A stretch of DNA of 64,000 nucleotides from Mustelus asterias (Eukaryota): the NCBI RefSeq assembly GCF_964213995.1, contig NC_135813.1, forward strand, positions 3,782,001 to 3,846,000. Reading direction: 5' to 3'. Below, piece after piece: positions 36,090-49,785 of the stretch (its first letter is position 1; every line of letters begins with the position of its first letter). The notes under the pieces were generated by a model. The model saw nothing but the letters and a program-made list of their open reading frames with translations, was not told the origin of the DNA and made no database searches. The position numbers and the translations under genes are program-made.

Positions 36090-37290
36090 CATTCCTCCAT
36101 CATAAAATCAGAAGTGGGGATGTTCACTGATGATAGCACAATGTTCAGTGCCATTCACAACTCCTCAGATTCTCAAGCAGTTCATGCAGTCCCTTATAAG
36201 AACTAGAAGCAGGAGTAGGCCTGTCCCTCGAGCCTGTACTGCCATTCAATAAGATTGTGGCTGATCTTTTCGTGGACTCAGCCCCACTTACCCGCCTGTT
36301 CACCATAACCATTAATTCCTTTACTGTTTAAAAATTCATCTCTCTTTGCCTTAAAAACATTCAACGAGGTAGCCTCAACTGCTTCACTGGGCAGGGAATT
36401 CCACAGATTCACAACCCGTTGAAGAAGTTCCTCCTCAACTCAGTCTTAAATCTGCGCCCCTTATTTTGAGGCTATGTCCCCTACTTCTGGTTTCACCAGC
36501 CAGTGGAAACAACCTTCCTGCTTCTATATTATCTACTCCCTTCTATATTATCTGCCCCCCCAGCCCCCCAGCCCCAGTCTACTTAGTCTTTCCTCATAAG
36601 CCAACCTGCTCAACTCAGGAATCAACCTAGTGCAGCAAGGCCTATGCAACATTCAGGCTTGGGCTGATAAGTAGCAAGTAACTTTCATGCCACACAAGTG
36701 TTGTGGAATGCCTTCAACAGAGAGAATTTGACCACCTTCCTGACATTCAATGGCATTACTGTTGCTGAATTCTCCTCTATCAGCAAGTGGTAAGTGGGAC
36801 TTACCATTGTCCAGAAACTGAACTGGACCAACCATACAAATGCTATGGCTACGAGAGCAGGTCAGGGGCTGGGAATTCTGCAAGTAACTCCCCACCTGAC
36901 TCTCTAAATCCTATCTACTGTCTACAAGGCATAAGTCAGCAGTGTGGTATATTCTCTACTTGTCTGGATGAGAGCAGCCCCAATAGCACTTAAGAAGTCC
37001 AAGCAGCCTGCTTTATTGGCACTTTATCCACCACCTTAAACATTCACTTCCTCCCCACTGACACAGAGGCTGCAGTGTATACCATATGCAAGACACACTG
37101 CAGCAACTCACCAAGGCTCTTTTGACAGCACCTTTCAAATCCATAACCTCTACTGCCTAGAAGGACAAGGCATAGGAACACGATCACCTCCAAGCCACGC
37201 ACAATCTTGACTTGGGTTCAAGAAGGCAGCTCACCACCACCTTCTCAACGACAATTAGGGATGGGCAACAAATGCTGCCCTAGCCAATGA
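36090..37290 (+). mobile_element. Old CR1/L2-clade LINE 3' part with an antisense CR1 3' end (~36198-36632) nested inside
   Basis: RT remnant (atgttcactgatgat; caggcttgggctgataagt...). The tail caattagggatgggcaacaaatgctg is shared with SINE family B. Confidence 0.6.
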
Positions 37291-40178
37291 TGTCCACATC
37301 CTATGTAAAGGAGATTGAAGCTATGTAGTATTCTAGTCTGAAATGCACTTCCTGGAAGTGTGGTGGAGGCAGGTTCAATCGAGGCATTCAAGAGGCCATT
37401 AGATGATTAGGAACAATGTGGAGGGGTAGGGGGTAATGGCAGGCAAATGGCACTAAGCCATAATGTTCATGTGGGGAACTGACGCAGGCATGATGGGCTG
37501 AAAGGCCGTCTTCTGCGCCATATCAATTCTGTGATTCATTTGCAAAATTCTTTCAACAATTATGAATATTTGCATTTGTATAATATCTTTAACATAGGAA
37601 AAATTCCACTGCACTTCACAGAAGTGTAATCTAAATAAAAGTAGACATATCCTAATTTATTGCTTTGCAATAACTTGGAAACTGGCAAATATTTGCTGCC
37701 AGACCTTAAACTCCTCACCTCAAATATAATCTATCCTGTTTCCTTTCCCACTCACTATTACTGGCAGACACCAGGAATATACTAGCGAGTCAAACCACAA
37801 ATTCTATCCACAGTTCTGGCACACCCTAATTTCTCCTCTGTATCACTTCCACATCCTAAAACCACGAACACCCAGTGTCCGAGGCAACATTTCACCCTCT
37901 ACCAACAACAGGTCAGTTGGAAATTTGTCTCTGTTTCTGCTCATGGGGTCTTTCTGTTTGTATGAAGATTAGCTGCTATATTTGTCTACATAATAGCAAG
38001 GTGCAGGTCTGTGCAGATACAATATTGTACTATGGTTTTTCTGCTCAGCCTATTATGAACTTTATAAAAACAATTTATGAATAATTGTGTTCCTTGTAAC
38101 ATTAGAAACACTTCCCCCACCCGTCCAAAAAATGTTTTTTGTCCCATGTTGATATGCCTCCAAGATTTCAATGGCTCATGCAATGCTCTCTGCCAAATCT
38201 GTCAAAATAGCACTATGTATTTGGTTTTTCAGTGTATTTCTATGAGCTGTTTTTATTTTTGGCAGTTCCAAAGAAAGCCCAGAGCAATTTGGAATATGTT
38301 TGAACTCCCTGTAAGCTATTTGACTGAGGCACCACTCCATTACCCAGTGCAACAGTTTGTGCAAAACAATGCAAGTGTCCTTTCGTCAGTATGCCCGTCA
38401 TTTATGTTGACTTTGGATTAGATAATAGATTTCATCCATAAAGTGTTCAATGCTTTCTTCATTTGTGCCTGAGCTTCATTATGCCTATTCTATTTAGCCT
38501 TGTAAATCGTAAAGCAAGTTCTGGCAGTTTGGGGTCCTGCGTTTTTAACAAGTTTATTTAAAAAGAAAGTTCACATTTGATAGTGCTTTTCATAACTCTG
38601 GGTGTCTCAAAGTGCTTTCCAGCCAGTGAATTACTTTTAAAAGTGTAGTTATTGTTGTAATGTAGGAAATGTGACAGTAAAGGTGTACACAGCAAGATCC
38701 CATAGCCAGGAATATGGTAATGACCAGATTATCTATATTTTAAAAATCCTTGTTGAGGGTTTATTATTTATAAGGACACTGAGGAGAAAGCAATGGGAAT
38801 GCGAAATGCGTTATATAAACGGGAGTTTTTTCCTATACTCTACAAGCCCAGGAACCAATAATTTGAGCTGTACGTACCACAAAATTCCACTAAAGGGCAT
38901 CGTGGAGGGTGTGGGATTTTTTTCATCAGTAGTGTATGTGTGCATTAAAATTGTGGTACTTTGTTTTTTGCAGCAATGAAGTGTTTTTTCAAAGAACAGA
39001 TTTAGCTATGAAAGTTCAGGTAAAAGTTGTTTCCAAATCCCTGGTTAGGCCTTCGATGAAGTATTATGTCCCGTTCTAAGCACACACAGGATGTCAAGGC
39101 TTTAAGGAGGGTGTAAAGGAGGTTTAGCAGAATTGATACCAAGGATGAGGCACTTTAGTAATGTGGGGAAACTAGAGAAACTGAGATTGTTCCATATGGA
39201 GCAGAGACGATCCAAGAGGACTTTTAATAGAGATGTACAGAATTATGAGGGGTTTGAAAGAATGTCTGCTTCCACGCAGTGGAAATATTGCTTGGGTTTG
39301 GCAGATGAATTGCACACAAGTAACTCTCTTCACTCATTTCCACCAAAAACATCGACACATTCTGATTAAGAAATTGATGGAATCCCAGATATCAACAGCT
39401 GCTTGCCAGAGCCATGGACTTTGGTTAAATAGATGTAAAGTATAAAACTATAATCGTATGTTGTTAGAGGAAAAGCCACAAGATGATGTTTCTATTGTAA
39501 CTTAGCATGGTAACAAATTATTTAATATACTGAATTTTAGCATCCAGTTGATTAAATTTACTTGAGCTTGCAGAGGTGGAAACGTTGTATTTTCATTTGA
39601 TGAACTTAATCCAGAGGCCGAACAGTGGCTGAAGTGTAGCTATATAAAAATTAAAAGAACAATAAAGAGCAGGTATAGACCACTCGCGGGTGATGGAGAG
39701 AACCTAATGTAGTGTTGGGGGGATCAGAGCAAATCAGCGGTGCTCCTGAAGGTACGGGTGCTATATTAAATATTTTGGCTTTGATTTTTGAAAATCTAAA
39801 ATGGTCAACAAAGACTTTTATTTATAGTCATAGCTTGACGGATTTGATGAGTCTTTTGAAGAGTTGCCTGGAAATATGCAAATGTAACTGGTATGGATTC
39901 AATAAGATGCCTTGCAAAAGGCTTAGTAGAAAAACAAATGAGTGTTTAGTTCAACAGGGAACATAGCAATGTGGATAGAGAGTTGAATGATAGACAGGAG
40001 TGTCCCATGTCCATCATATTAAATAGTGATCTCCTGTGGTTGAATCCTATAATTTCACAAACCAATAATTGTGATTCTACAGCTTTGATCTTGAGATTAA
40101 TTTTGCTGACTAAAATAAGAATGTGGCTGACTCCTATATAATTGTTTAATAACTTTCATTGTTTAAATACTGCTGTAG

Positions 40179-40288
40179 GTTTCGTGTTTGCACACGCTGC
40201 ATTATCCAGAAGCTCAGAAGCGACATCTGCATGTTACTGGCGTGTCCTGGAATGTGACTGGCTCTGTCATTGCATGTGCATACGGCAG
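40179..40288 (+). CDS. DYNC2I2: DYNC2I2 exon 2
   Basis: [36 protein letters not shown](R), 110 nt, tag/gtaaag. Confidence 0.92.
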
Positions 40289-40509
40289 GTAAAGTAACTA
40301 CAAATAATCAATATCATCCTCTCTATTTATTACTGATAGTATGACATGCTTGCCTTTCCAGATGTAACATTGAGTCTTAACAGAATCGGAAGGAAACCTT
40401 CAGCTTCTGTCTCTGATCAGGGAATGGTCATAAATGTAATTCCCCATGTGGTTGAACTTACAATTCCAGCAATATTGCTATGGCAAAGTATTAAGCAGAG
40501 GCATTCATA

Positions 40510-41315
40510 TCGATAAATGTAAGATTATCCACTTTGGTAGCAATAATAGGAAGACAGATTATTATTTGAATGGGTGTAAATTGAGAGAGGTGGATACTCA
40601 GCAAGACCTTGGTGTCCTCGTGCATCAGTTGCTGAAAGTAAGCGCGCAGGTACAACAGAGAGTAAAGAAGGCAAATGGTATATTGGCCTTCATAGCGAGA
40701 GGATTTGAGTATAGGGATAGGGATGTTTTGCTGCAATTGTATAGTGCATTGGTGAGGCCACACCTGGAGTATTGTGTGCAGTTTTGATCTCCTTATCTGA
40801 GGAAGGATGTCCTTGCTATAGAGGGAGTACAGCGAAGGTTTACCAGGCTGATTCCTGGGATGGCAGGTCTGTCATATGAGGAGTGACTAAGTCAGTTAGG
40901 ATTAAATTCACTGAAGTTTAGAAGAATGAGAGGGGGTCTCATAGAAACTTATAAAATTCTAACAGGGTTAGAGAGGGTAGATTCAGAAAGAATGTTCCCA
41001 ATGGTGGGGGAGTGCAGAACTAGGGGTCATAGTTTGAGGATAAGGGGTAAACCTTTTAGAACTGAGGTGAGGAGAAATTTCTTCACCCAGAGGGTGGTGA
41101 ATGTGTGGAATTCATTACCACAGAATATAGTTGAGGCCAAAATGTTGTCTGATTTCAAGAAGAAATTAGACATAGCTCTTGGGGCTAAAGGTATCAAGGA
41201 ATATGGGGGGGGAAGGGGATCAGGATATTGAATTCGATGATCAGCTATGATCAAAATGGATGGTGGCGCAAGCTCAAAGGGCTGAATGGCCTCCTCCTGC
41301 TTCTAGTTTCTATGA
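40510..41315 (+). mobile_element. CR1 LINE 3' fragment
   Basis: DKCKIIHFG...LYSALVRPHLEYCVQF and FFTQRVVNVWNSLP. Confidence 0.92.
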
Positions 41316-41543
41316 TTTAGACTATTGTTGCTAGACATTCAGTTCACACCAGAGCTACTGTGATAAATTCCATGTTATTTCTAAGCAAAGCTGGTGTTGG
41401 AAAAATATTTTCTTTTAAAATTTGGCAAAACATTGCATTATTTGGACAATTGGATACTGACCTGCAGTTGTTTTAAAGAAGGGCCTCAAGTTCACCTTTG
41501 GATTGGGCACAAATCTGCCTTTTTCCAAGAAATCACCTGACAG

Positions 41544-42593
41544 CATAGAACATAGAACATTACAGTGCAGTACAGGCCCTTCGGCCCTCGATGTTGCGCC
41601 AACCTGTGAAACGAATCTAAAGCCCATCTAACCTACACTATTCCAATATCATCCATATGTTTATCCAATGACCATTTAAATGCCCTTAATGTTGGCGAGT
41701 CCACTACTGTTGCAGGCAGGGCATTCCACGCCCTTACTACTCTCTGAGTAAAGAACCTACCTCTGACATCTGTCCTATATCTATCACCCCTCAATTTAAA
41801 GCTATGTCCCCTCGTGCTAGCTATCACCATCCGAGGAAAAAGGCTCTCACTGTCCACCCTATCTAATCCTCTGATCATCTTGTATGCCTCTATTAAGTCA
41901 CTTCTTAACCTTCTCTGTAACGAAAACAGCCTCAAGTCCCTCAGCCTTTCCTCATAAGACCTTCCCACCATACCAGGGAACATCCTGGTAAATCCCCTCT
42001 GCACCCTTTCCAATGCTTGCACATCCTTCCTATAATGCGGCGACCAGAACTGTACGCAATACTCCAAGTGCGGCTGCACCAGAGTTTTGTACAGCTGCAA
42101 CATGACCTCATGGCTCTGAAACTCAATCCCTCTACCAATAAAAGCTAACACACCGTACGCCTTCTTAACAACCCTATCAACCTGGGTGCCAACTTTCAGG
42201 GATCTATGCACATGGACACCGAGATCTCTCTGCTCATCCACACTACCAAGTGTCTTACCATTAGCCGAGTACTCTGTATTCCTGTTACTCCTTCCAAAGT
42301 GAATCACCTCACACTTTTCCGCATTAAACTCCATTTGCCACCTCTCAGCCCAGCTCTGCAGCTTATCTATGTCCCTCTGTAACCTGCAACATCTTTCCGC
42401 ACTGTCCACAACTCCACCGACTTTAGTGTCATCCGCAAATTTACTAACCCATCCTTCTACGCCCACATCCAGGTCATTTATAAAAATGACAAACAGCAGT
42501 GGCCCCAAAACAGATCCTTGCAGTACACCACTAGTAACTGAACTCCAGGATGAACATTTCCCATCAACCACCACCCTCTGTCTTCTTACAGCA
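41544..42593 (-). mobile_element. Young CR1 LINE 3' fragment
   Basis: 335-aa ORF with QGSVLGPLLF and FADDTK; (catagaa)n tail. Confidence 0.93.
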
Positions 42594-43816
42594 AGCATGG
42601 TACTTGAGCAGGAAGTGTGTTTGTTTGTTTTGAACTGCAATCACTTTAATTGATGAGGATAAACTGGCATAGGCTAGTGATTTACTGGAAATCACATAAC
42701 AGAGAGAAGCTTTAAGTTTTGGATCTGTTGTTTTTGAAATCAGTGTGTTTTGAGGTTTAAGCTAAGAAGGAAGGCTGCCCAAACTCGATGTCTTTCTGCC
42801 TTGCCTGAAGTTGTGTGTGTGGTTTTCAACTTGCAGCCATAGATTTCTTAAATGCGTATAACCTCTCTGCATTTGGAAACTTGAAAAGCTGAGACAAGAA
42901 GAATTGATCCAGCTCTATATTTATTCTCCTCTACATCAAAGCTCCATTGGTGAGAGCTTCCAGACATCTACTGGGACCAGTCGAGGTTTTCACATGAGGG
43001 AGCTCCAGATCAACAGCATCAAAATGCTGTGAACTTTATTTTATAAAGCTCAGTCTCCAAAGTCTGTCTCTGCAGAGATCCTGTATGTTTCTCCTTTTGT
43101 GTGTGTGTATGTGCTCACACATGTATGTGCTGGGATATTTTTAAAAAGGGATAGATAGTTATACTTCCAGAATACAATTATGGTGTTTCAGTTCTTGTAA
43201 CTTGTTTTTAAAAATAGGCTTTGTTTTATAATAAATCAGTCATTGAGTTTAAAGTCTCTTTCTTTCTGGGTCTGACAGCAGTTATGGTAAATAATTGGCC
43301 AATTTGGTCAGTGATTTAAACTAATGGGTCGACCTGTGGAATAGTGAAGCGAGATCAACTGCACATTCCTCCCACCCCAGTCATGACGGATAGAAGCAGA
43401 ACTAACTTGGTGCATAAATATATATTATATATGAATTTATTGTCCTGTATACTTCTAAGACCAAGGTCTGAGACGGTTGTATGTCTAACTTGTAGGAAAT
43501 AGGCTTGAGCCTGAGTGTGTTAATTAAATTAGGAAAATGTTGTTGGAGACCAACACTTGTGTATTTATTCAAATCAGAAATAGGACTGTCTGAGGAAATA
43601 TTAGGTAATTTCCAGTTTGCTCAAATGGATCATTTAAACCTGTGTTGTGGGAAATGAGTGAGAAAAACTGACAGTCTGACAAAAATATATGGGAACCAGG
43701 ATCATCCATGGTGGGCCTGCATCAAAATGGAATGTCAAAGTCTGTTATTGACAGTTAGTTCAAGAAATTCTCTGCTCCTAATTGCAGTGATTACAAAGTA
43801 TGGTTTTAAAAGCTTA

Positions 43817-43953
43817 AGGCTGGAATGTTACCACCATTCACTCTGGCGGGATTTTCCTATCCTGCTGCGGTGAACTCAGATTTGGCTTGGCGCTGAATTC
43901 TCCGATCTTGCTGCAACGGGAGCCTGGCATGAATAGCCGGTAAGATTGCGCCC
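43817..43953. mobile_element. Short non-autonomous DNA transposon (MITE-like)
   Basis: Imperfect termini ggctggaatgttacc / ggtaagattgcgccc flanked by taa. Similar ggg...ccc termini at ~15256-15400 and ~56832. Confidence 0.45.
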
Positions 43954-45799
43954 TAAGTTGTGTACTGTTGTGGTTTCTACAAAATGTTTGTGCTGCTGTG
44001 CTCTTTTCTAAATTTTACATTTTGTAATTTAATTGGATTCTGTGATCAGTTCGGATCGGTTTTGATCCCATTTTCTGGAGTGGTTTGAGAGAATTAAAGT
44101 GGATTGACAACTAGCAATCTTGGATAGTGTGAGTCTTAAGGTACTGGCAGGAGGAAGCAGGGCCCTTGTTTTTTGTCTACAGTGAACATGTGGTGAGATG
44201 GTTGGAACACATGACAGCTCATTAAATAAAATCCTGAACTTGCTTCATGGTAATTGCAGGGAATTGTGAGATTCATGTACATACATCAGGCACACTTCTT
44301 TTCCGTGACAAATACAGAATGAATGACCAAGAAATGAGTGACTCTGACACCCTGGGAGGACTTATAGCTCTCGACGGGGACGAGTTGAAGAGAAGGCACC
44401 TCCAACTTGGGGCACCCTCTCTCTTACCCGAAAATACACTAGTTTTCTCTTGTTGGCCCTCCAGTTTAGAGAACTTGCCCGTTATCATTAATTGGATGAC
44501 GAGTCTGCCCTCTAGCTATTAATTGGCCAGTTTGGGAAAATCACAGCCTGTTCCCAATGCAGTATGAACTTCTAACCTCCATTTGACCCTGACATTGGGG
44601 TCCATAAACCCATGGGGAAAATGCTGCCCCATGTTACTAAATTAAATGGGATTTATAAAGTTGAATTTGTTTTAATCAGTTACATATATATTGACCCAAA
44701 CCCTTGAGTTATCCTATTGGAATCAACTTACGGAAAGCTAACACTCATTTTTATTATCTCTATCATCCAAGATCTACAAGGATTATTTTAAAACATAGGT
44801 TAGTAGAACATAACATTAAAATAAAATTTAAAAATATTTTTCTGTAGCACCTTATTAGCACTTCGCAACTTAGGCATTATCTTTAAAGTGTAGTCACTTG
44901 TCACAGCCTACTTGTACACAGCATTGTGACAAATAATCGCAGGAGAATTACTGAATGAGAGAGGCTGTTTGACACATCCATCCAGGGACACCCTATTTCA
45001 TTATATTGTTTCTGAGATAACCCCTGAGTTTTTGCCTCCACGCTTCTTACTATGATCATTTTTTTGTGTGAAGATCATCATCCTGTGTTTCTAAATTTGT
45101 GCGTTGCTAGTTTGCAGCAAAACAGATCCACCATTTTCGGTAGTACCTCCTCCATTGGTACTTCCAAAGCAGCACCTTGGCACAGTACTGTTCTTCTGTA
45201 CCATGCCACTGTCACTTTTAAGTTTGGAGCCTGTTTCCCTTTAAAGGATGTAAGCTGCTGGCTCGAAATAAGATGTTCACTAATCATTTGTGTGCTTTGG
45301 ACATTGGAAAGTCATTTAAGTAAGCTGACTGCTTTATAGTTCAATGCAACAGGGATACACTAGAATTCAGTGCTTCTACATCCTTGCAGCATTACCGGCC
45401 TCTCTGTGCTTTTAATTTGTTACGACAAATTAAATTGCAGATTATTTACTAAATTGGATTTTCATCTGAGATTTGCACTACCTGAAACGCATATTAGTAA
45501 ATGCCTCCGCAACCATACATGGTCTAGCAAATTGCTTTTGAAATGTTGTTTCTTGTTTTGTGGGAAAACACAGCACCAATTTGCATCTCTCAAATAATGA
45601 GATGAATAACCAGTCTGATTTTGAGGGAGTGATGTTTGTACAGATGTTGGAGGAACGCCTCTTGAAGCAGTGTCAGAAGGATGCTTTTGCCTGCTTAGTT
45701 TGTTCCTTGCACTCTCTTCTAGGAGTTGCTATTTGTTAGTGAGTGGCATTGAGGACAGAGTCACAGTGCACAATTGCTTTCCTACTGTGTGGTCTGATT

Positions 45800-46200
45800 C
45801 ATTCCCAGTGGATCATCTTTGAATCTGTTGGTTTTGGGCTCAAGGTTCCCTGAAGAATGTGAGAATGTAGTTCAGGTTGACTCCCAAGTGCAGCTCTGAG
45901 AGAATGCAGCATTGTCAGAGCTGCTGTATCAAATGAAACATTTAACTGTCTGTCTGCCTGTTCAGGTGGGTGTAAAAGATCCTGTTGCAATATTTGGGGA
46001 AAAGGAGTGGATTGCCTCCTAGTGACCTGGCTGACGCACATGCTTCAACTAACATCATTAAATGATTAGTTGGTCATTTATCTTGCTGCTGTGTACAAAT
46101 TGGCCACTCTGTTTTCTTTATGATAGTGAGCACACATAATTTGTTGGCTGTGAAACTCTATGCTGAAGATCTGAAAATGTACTATATGACTAAGCATTTG
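45800..46200 (+). mobile_element. Old Deu-domain-type SINE
   Basis: caggtgggtgtaaaagatcc...gtgacctggctgac...tgtgtacaaattggc core. Related copies at ~22945-23090 and ~62320-62710. Confidence 0.55.
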
Positions 46201-46799
46201 TGTTTCATTCAATGCTAGTTGCAAAATGACAAGGGATTAAAATACTTTAAAGTTTCAGTTGTTTTTGATAGATTCTATCACCTTACAATAGCAAGAAATA
46301 CTTCAAAATATTGTATACATTACACTGGCAATAGTGTTGGCCTTCATCTGTCATACTATTTAGTCCACTCAGTTTAGGTGTTGTATTATGTCACTGCGAG
46401 CATGATATCTACTTTGTACCGGCCCTGTACCTTCCAAAGCTGCTGGGCCAAAGTGGACACATTTGCTGGATGATTATTTTTTGTGGATTTTCTTCTGGAG
46501 TTGATATTTGGAACAAAAGCAGTGAATTCTGTCGTATCACAAGCATCCTCTGCAGACGTGCATATGCTTCCTGATAGCCTCTGACTAACAAATCAATAAC
46601 ATATACAATTTCGTTGATCATTTTTCTTACTTGTTGAGTTGCAGCCTTGGTGAATCAAAATCACTAGTTGCCACTAAATCATTCCATCAAATGGAATAGT
46701 GTTTGACTGAAGGGGCCCTGTGCTCTACTTTTCAGTATAAAAGTTTGTTTTAGTGCGTGCACAGTAATTAGTAATGATTCTTACCAAATTTGATTTCAG

Positions 46800-46957
46800 G
46801 CTGGAGGATGGCGACTGGAGCACAGAAAAATCCTATGTGTGTTCCTGGAATCTGGATCGGAGAGGCTTGAACCCAATGCGACCAAATACTGTAATTGATG
46901 TTTCTAGTGCTGTCATGTGCCTGGCATTCCACCCAGTAGAACCCTCTTTGATTGCAG
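46800..46957 (+). CDS. DYNC2I2: DYNC2I2 exon 3
   Basis: [52 protein letters not shown], 158 nt. Confidence 0.93.
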
Positions 46958-48297
46958 GTATGAATTTAGGCTTTGATTTTAAAATCTGTATCTGCTATCA
47001 CAATGAAGGGGGTGAGAGGGAATGAGTTGAACCACTGGAGTAATTGAGTTTCTAATCTCACATGAGGCAGTTCCATTTTTATAGCCTCGGGTCATCCCAA
47101 AGTGCTTTGCAGCCCACGAAGTACTTTTGAGTTGTGGTCACTGTTGTAATGTAGGAACTTTGGTAGACAATTTACACACAGCAAACTCCCACCAACAGCA
47201 GTGAGGTATTAACCAGTTAATCTGTTTTGGCTATGTTGGCTGAGGAATAAATATTGTCCAGGAAAGCGAGGGGGGACGCCCCAGAATCTTTATCTCCAAG
47301 GGCAGATAGGGTCTCTGTTTAAAGGTTCATACGGAAGAAGGAAGAGTTGCAATGCAATATACATTGCCAGCAGGATTCAGTAAAGCAGAAAAATGACCAT
47401 CAGTGATTAGGTAGGATTGTTAATGTTGAGGGAACAAAAACAGAAAATGCTGGAAAATCTCAGCAAGTCTGACAGCATCTGTGGAGAGAGAATAGAGCCA
47501 ACGTCTCGAATCTGGATGACCCTTCGTCAGAGCTGAGAGAATGTTTAAATGAGCTTTTATACTGAGTTAAGGAGAATTCTCCTATTTTAGATTTGGCCAA
47601 TAAAACTTCAGCATCCTGCCACAATAAACAACCTGAGCTCTACTGCAGCAGCCATACATGCTGTACCAAAACTTATCAGTCAATCATCCCTCTAGTTTAT
47701 CTGGAGTACATGGTCCCTTTGACTTTTTTTATGCATGGTAGTCACGTTTAAAGCAGTGGATACCTTTACTTCAATTTGAGTCAGGATAATAAATTAATGA
47801 AAAGTAAAGTGAGTAGCTCCTTGCTAAATGAAAGAAAGAACTTGCAAATCTGTACTGTCTTTCATGAACTCAGCCAATTACGTACCTTTTGACGTGTCAC
47901 TGTTGTAATCTTGGGATTAAATCAATTAAAATCATTAAAGCCTCCGTCTATTTTAAACATTAGCGAAGTGAGGGAACGATATCAAATAAGATGTGTGCAT
48001 AATATATATTTTGATTTGGGGGGGTTAAAGATCCAATCGGAAGTTTTCTCTACTGTTCACAGTTGGGTGATTTGAGTTAAAGTCCTTGCAGTACATCATT
48101 ACTACCACTGGAGGATACTAGTGGTAGATAATCCTTGTTGCATGAGATAAAAGTCCATAGAGTTTTGTTTAACCGATCTATACATTTGGAATTCCCAAAT
48201 AAAAATGCTGCATTTTTAAAATATTGTGAGACCATTGCCAGTCGCTTAACAAGATTCGGAAAAAAAGATAAATCAAGCTAGTAATTTTAAAAAAAAA

Positions 48298-48635
48298 TAT
48301 GTGGAAGGCAAGAAGCTTTTTCCCAGGGTGGAAGAGTCAATTATTAGGGGGCATAGCTTTAAGGTGCAAGGGGCAAGGTTTAAAGGAGATGTATGAGGCA
48401 GGTTTTTTTACACAGAGGGTGGTGGGTGCCTGGAACTCGCTGTCGGGGGATGTAGTGGAAGCAGATACGATAGTGAGTTTTAAGGGGCGTCTGGACAAAC
48501 ACATGAATAGGATGGGAATAGAGGGATATGGTCCCAGGAAGAGTAGGGGGTTTTAGTTCAGTCGGGCAGCATGGTCGGTGCAGGCTTGGAGGGCCGAAGG
48601 GTCTGTTCCTGTGCTGTAATTTTCTTTGTTCTTTG
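48298..48635 (+). mobile_element. CR1 LINE 3' end
   Basis: FFTQRVVGAWNSL...; (tctttgt) tail. Confidence 0.88.
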
Positions 48636-49785
48636 TTGAGGTTCTGGGGGAAGTGAGGAGATCCAATGTTTTTTGTCATGAGAATAAATTTAAAAATCGG
48701 AGTCGATGCATTCTTGCTTTCAATATGTTAAGGATGAGAGAGGTGCAAAGAGCAAATTGGTTGATATCAATGCATCAAGTTGGATGAAGTATTGGAGTTT
48801 AGGAGGAAAGATCAGATATGAAATTACCATAGTTATAATGATAAAGAGAGAAAATGTGAATGGTAGAGGTAGGAGTAGGCCATTCAGCCCCTTGAGTCTG
48901 TACATTTCCAGTATTTTTCCATTTATTTACAGATTTGCAACATTCACAGCATTCACTTTGTCTCTATACATAGTCTTTGCTTCCAGTCTGTAATCTTCAG
49001 TTCTGTGGTGGTAATGAAGAAGGTTTTATCCAGTTAGCTTAGCTGTTTGCTACTTTTAAGGGATGAAGGCCCATGGAAGAGGGAGGCAGTTCCAAACGTG
49101 CATCAATAATGATATTTCATCACGCATTATTGAAAAAATGTAACCCTGCAGTGTGAATGCAGTCTGCAAGAATGGGACAAATACAGAGGTATTTGCCCCA
49201 TTCTTTCAAATGCATTCACAGTACAGGTTACTTTCTTATGTACCTGAAAGGCTGGCGATTATTGCATTATTTCTGGGTAAAACACTGCTTAAAAGAGAAA
49301 GACTTGCATTTATTTAGTGTTTAGGCGAAAAAGTGACAATGCACTTTGGGAGGGCAGACAAAGCAATGGAATACACAAAAATGGGAGGATATTGGGAGGA
49401 GCGAGCAAGTGAGAGGCTTTGCAGAACATGTCCATAGGTCCCCTGAATGTGACAGGAAAGCTAGATAAGATGGTAAAGAAAGCAAATAGAAAGCTTCCTT
49501 TCATTGGACGAAGTATAGAATACAAAATCAGGGATGTAATGCTGGAACTTTATAAAATGCCTAGTTGGGCCACAGCTGGAATTTTGTGTCCAGTTCTTTT
49601 TCCTTAGAACAGAGAAGGCTAAGGGGTGACCTAAGTAAGTGAAGTGTAGAAAATTATGAGAAGTCTAGGTTGAGTAGGCAGGTAAGACTTGTTTCCCCTA
49701 GTGGAGAAGTCAATTATCAGCAGGCACAGATTTAAGGTAATTTGTGGAAGGATTAGGGGGGATATTAGGAAAATTAAGGCTACAA

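Noticed and set aside
42600-43390. Possible solo LTR
   Set aside because: Composition is suggestive, but no clear TG...CA termini, TSD, PBS or second copy could be identified.
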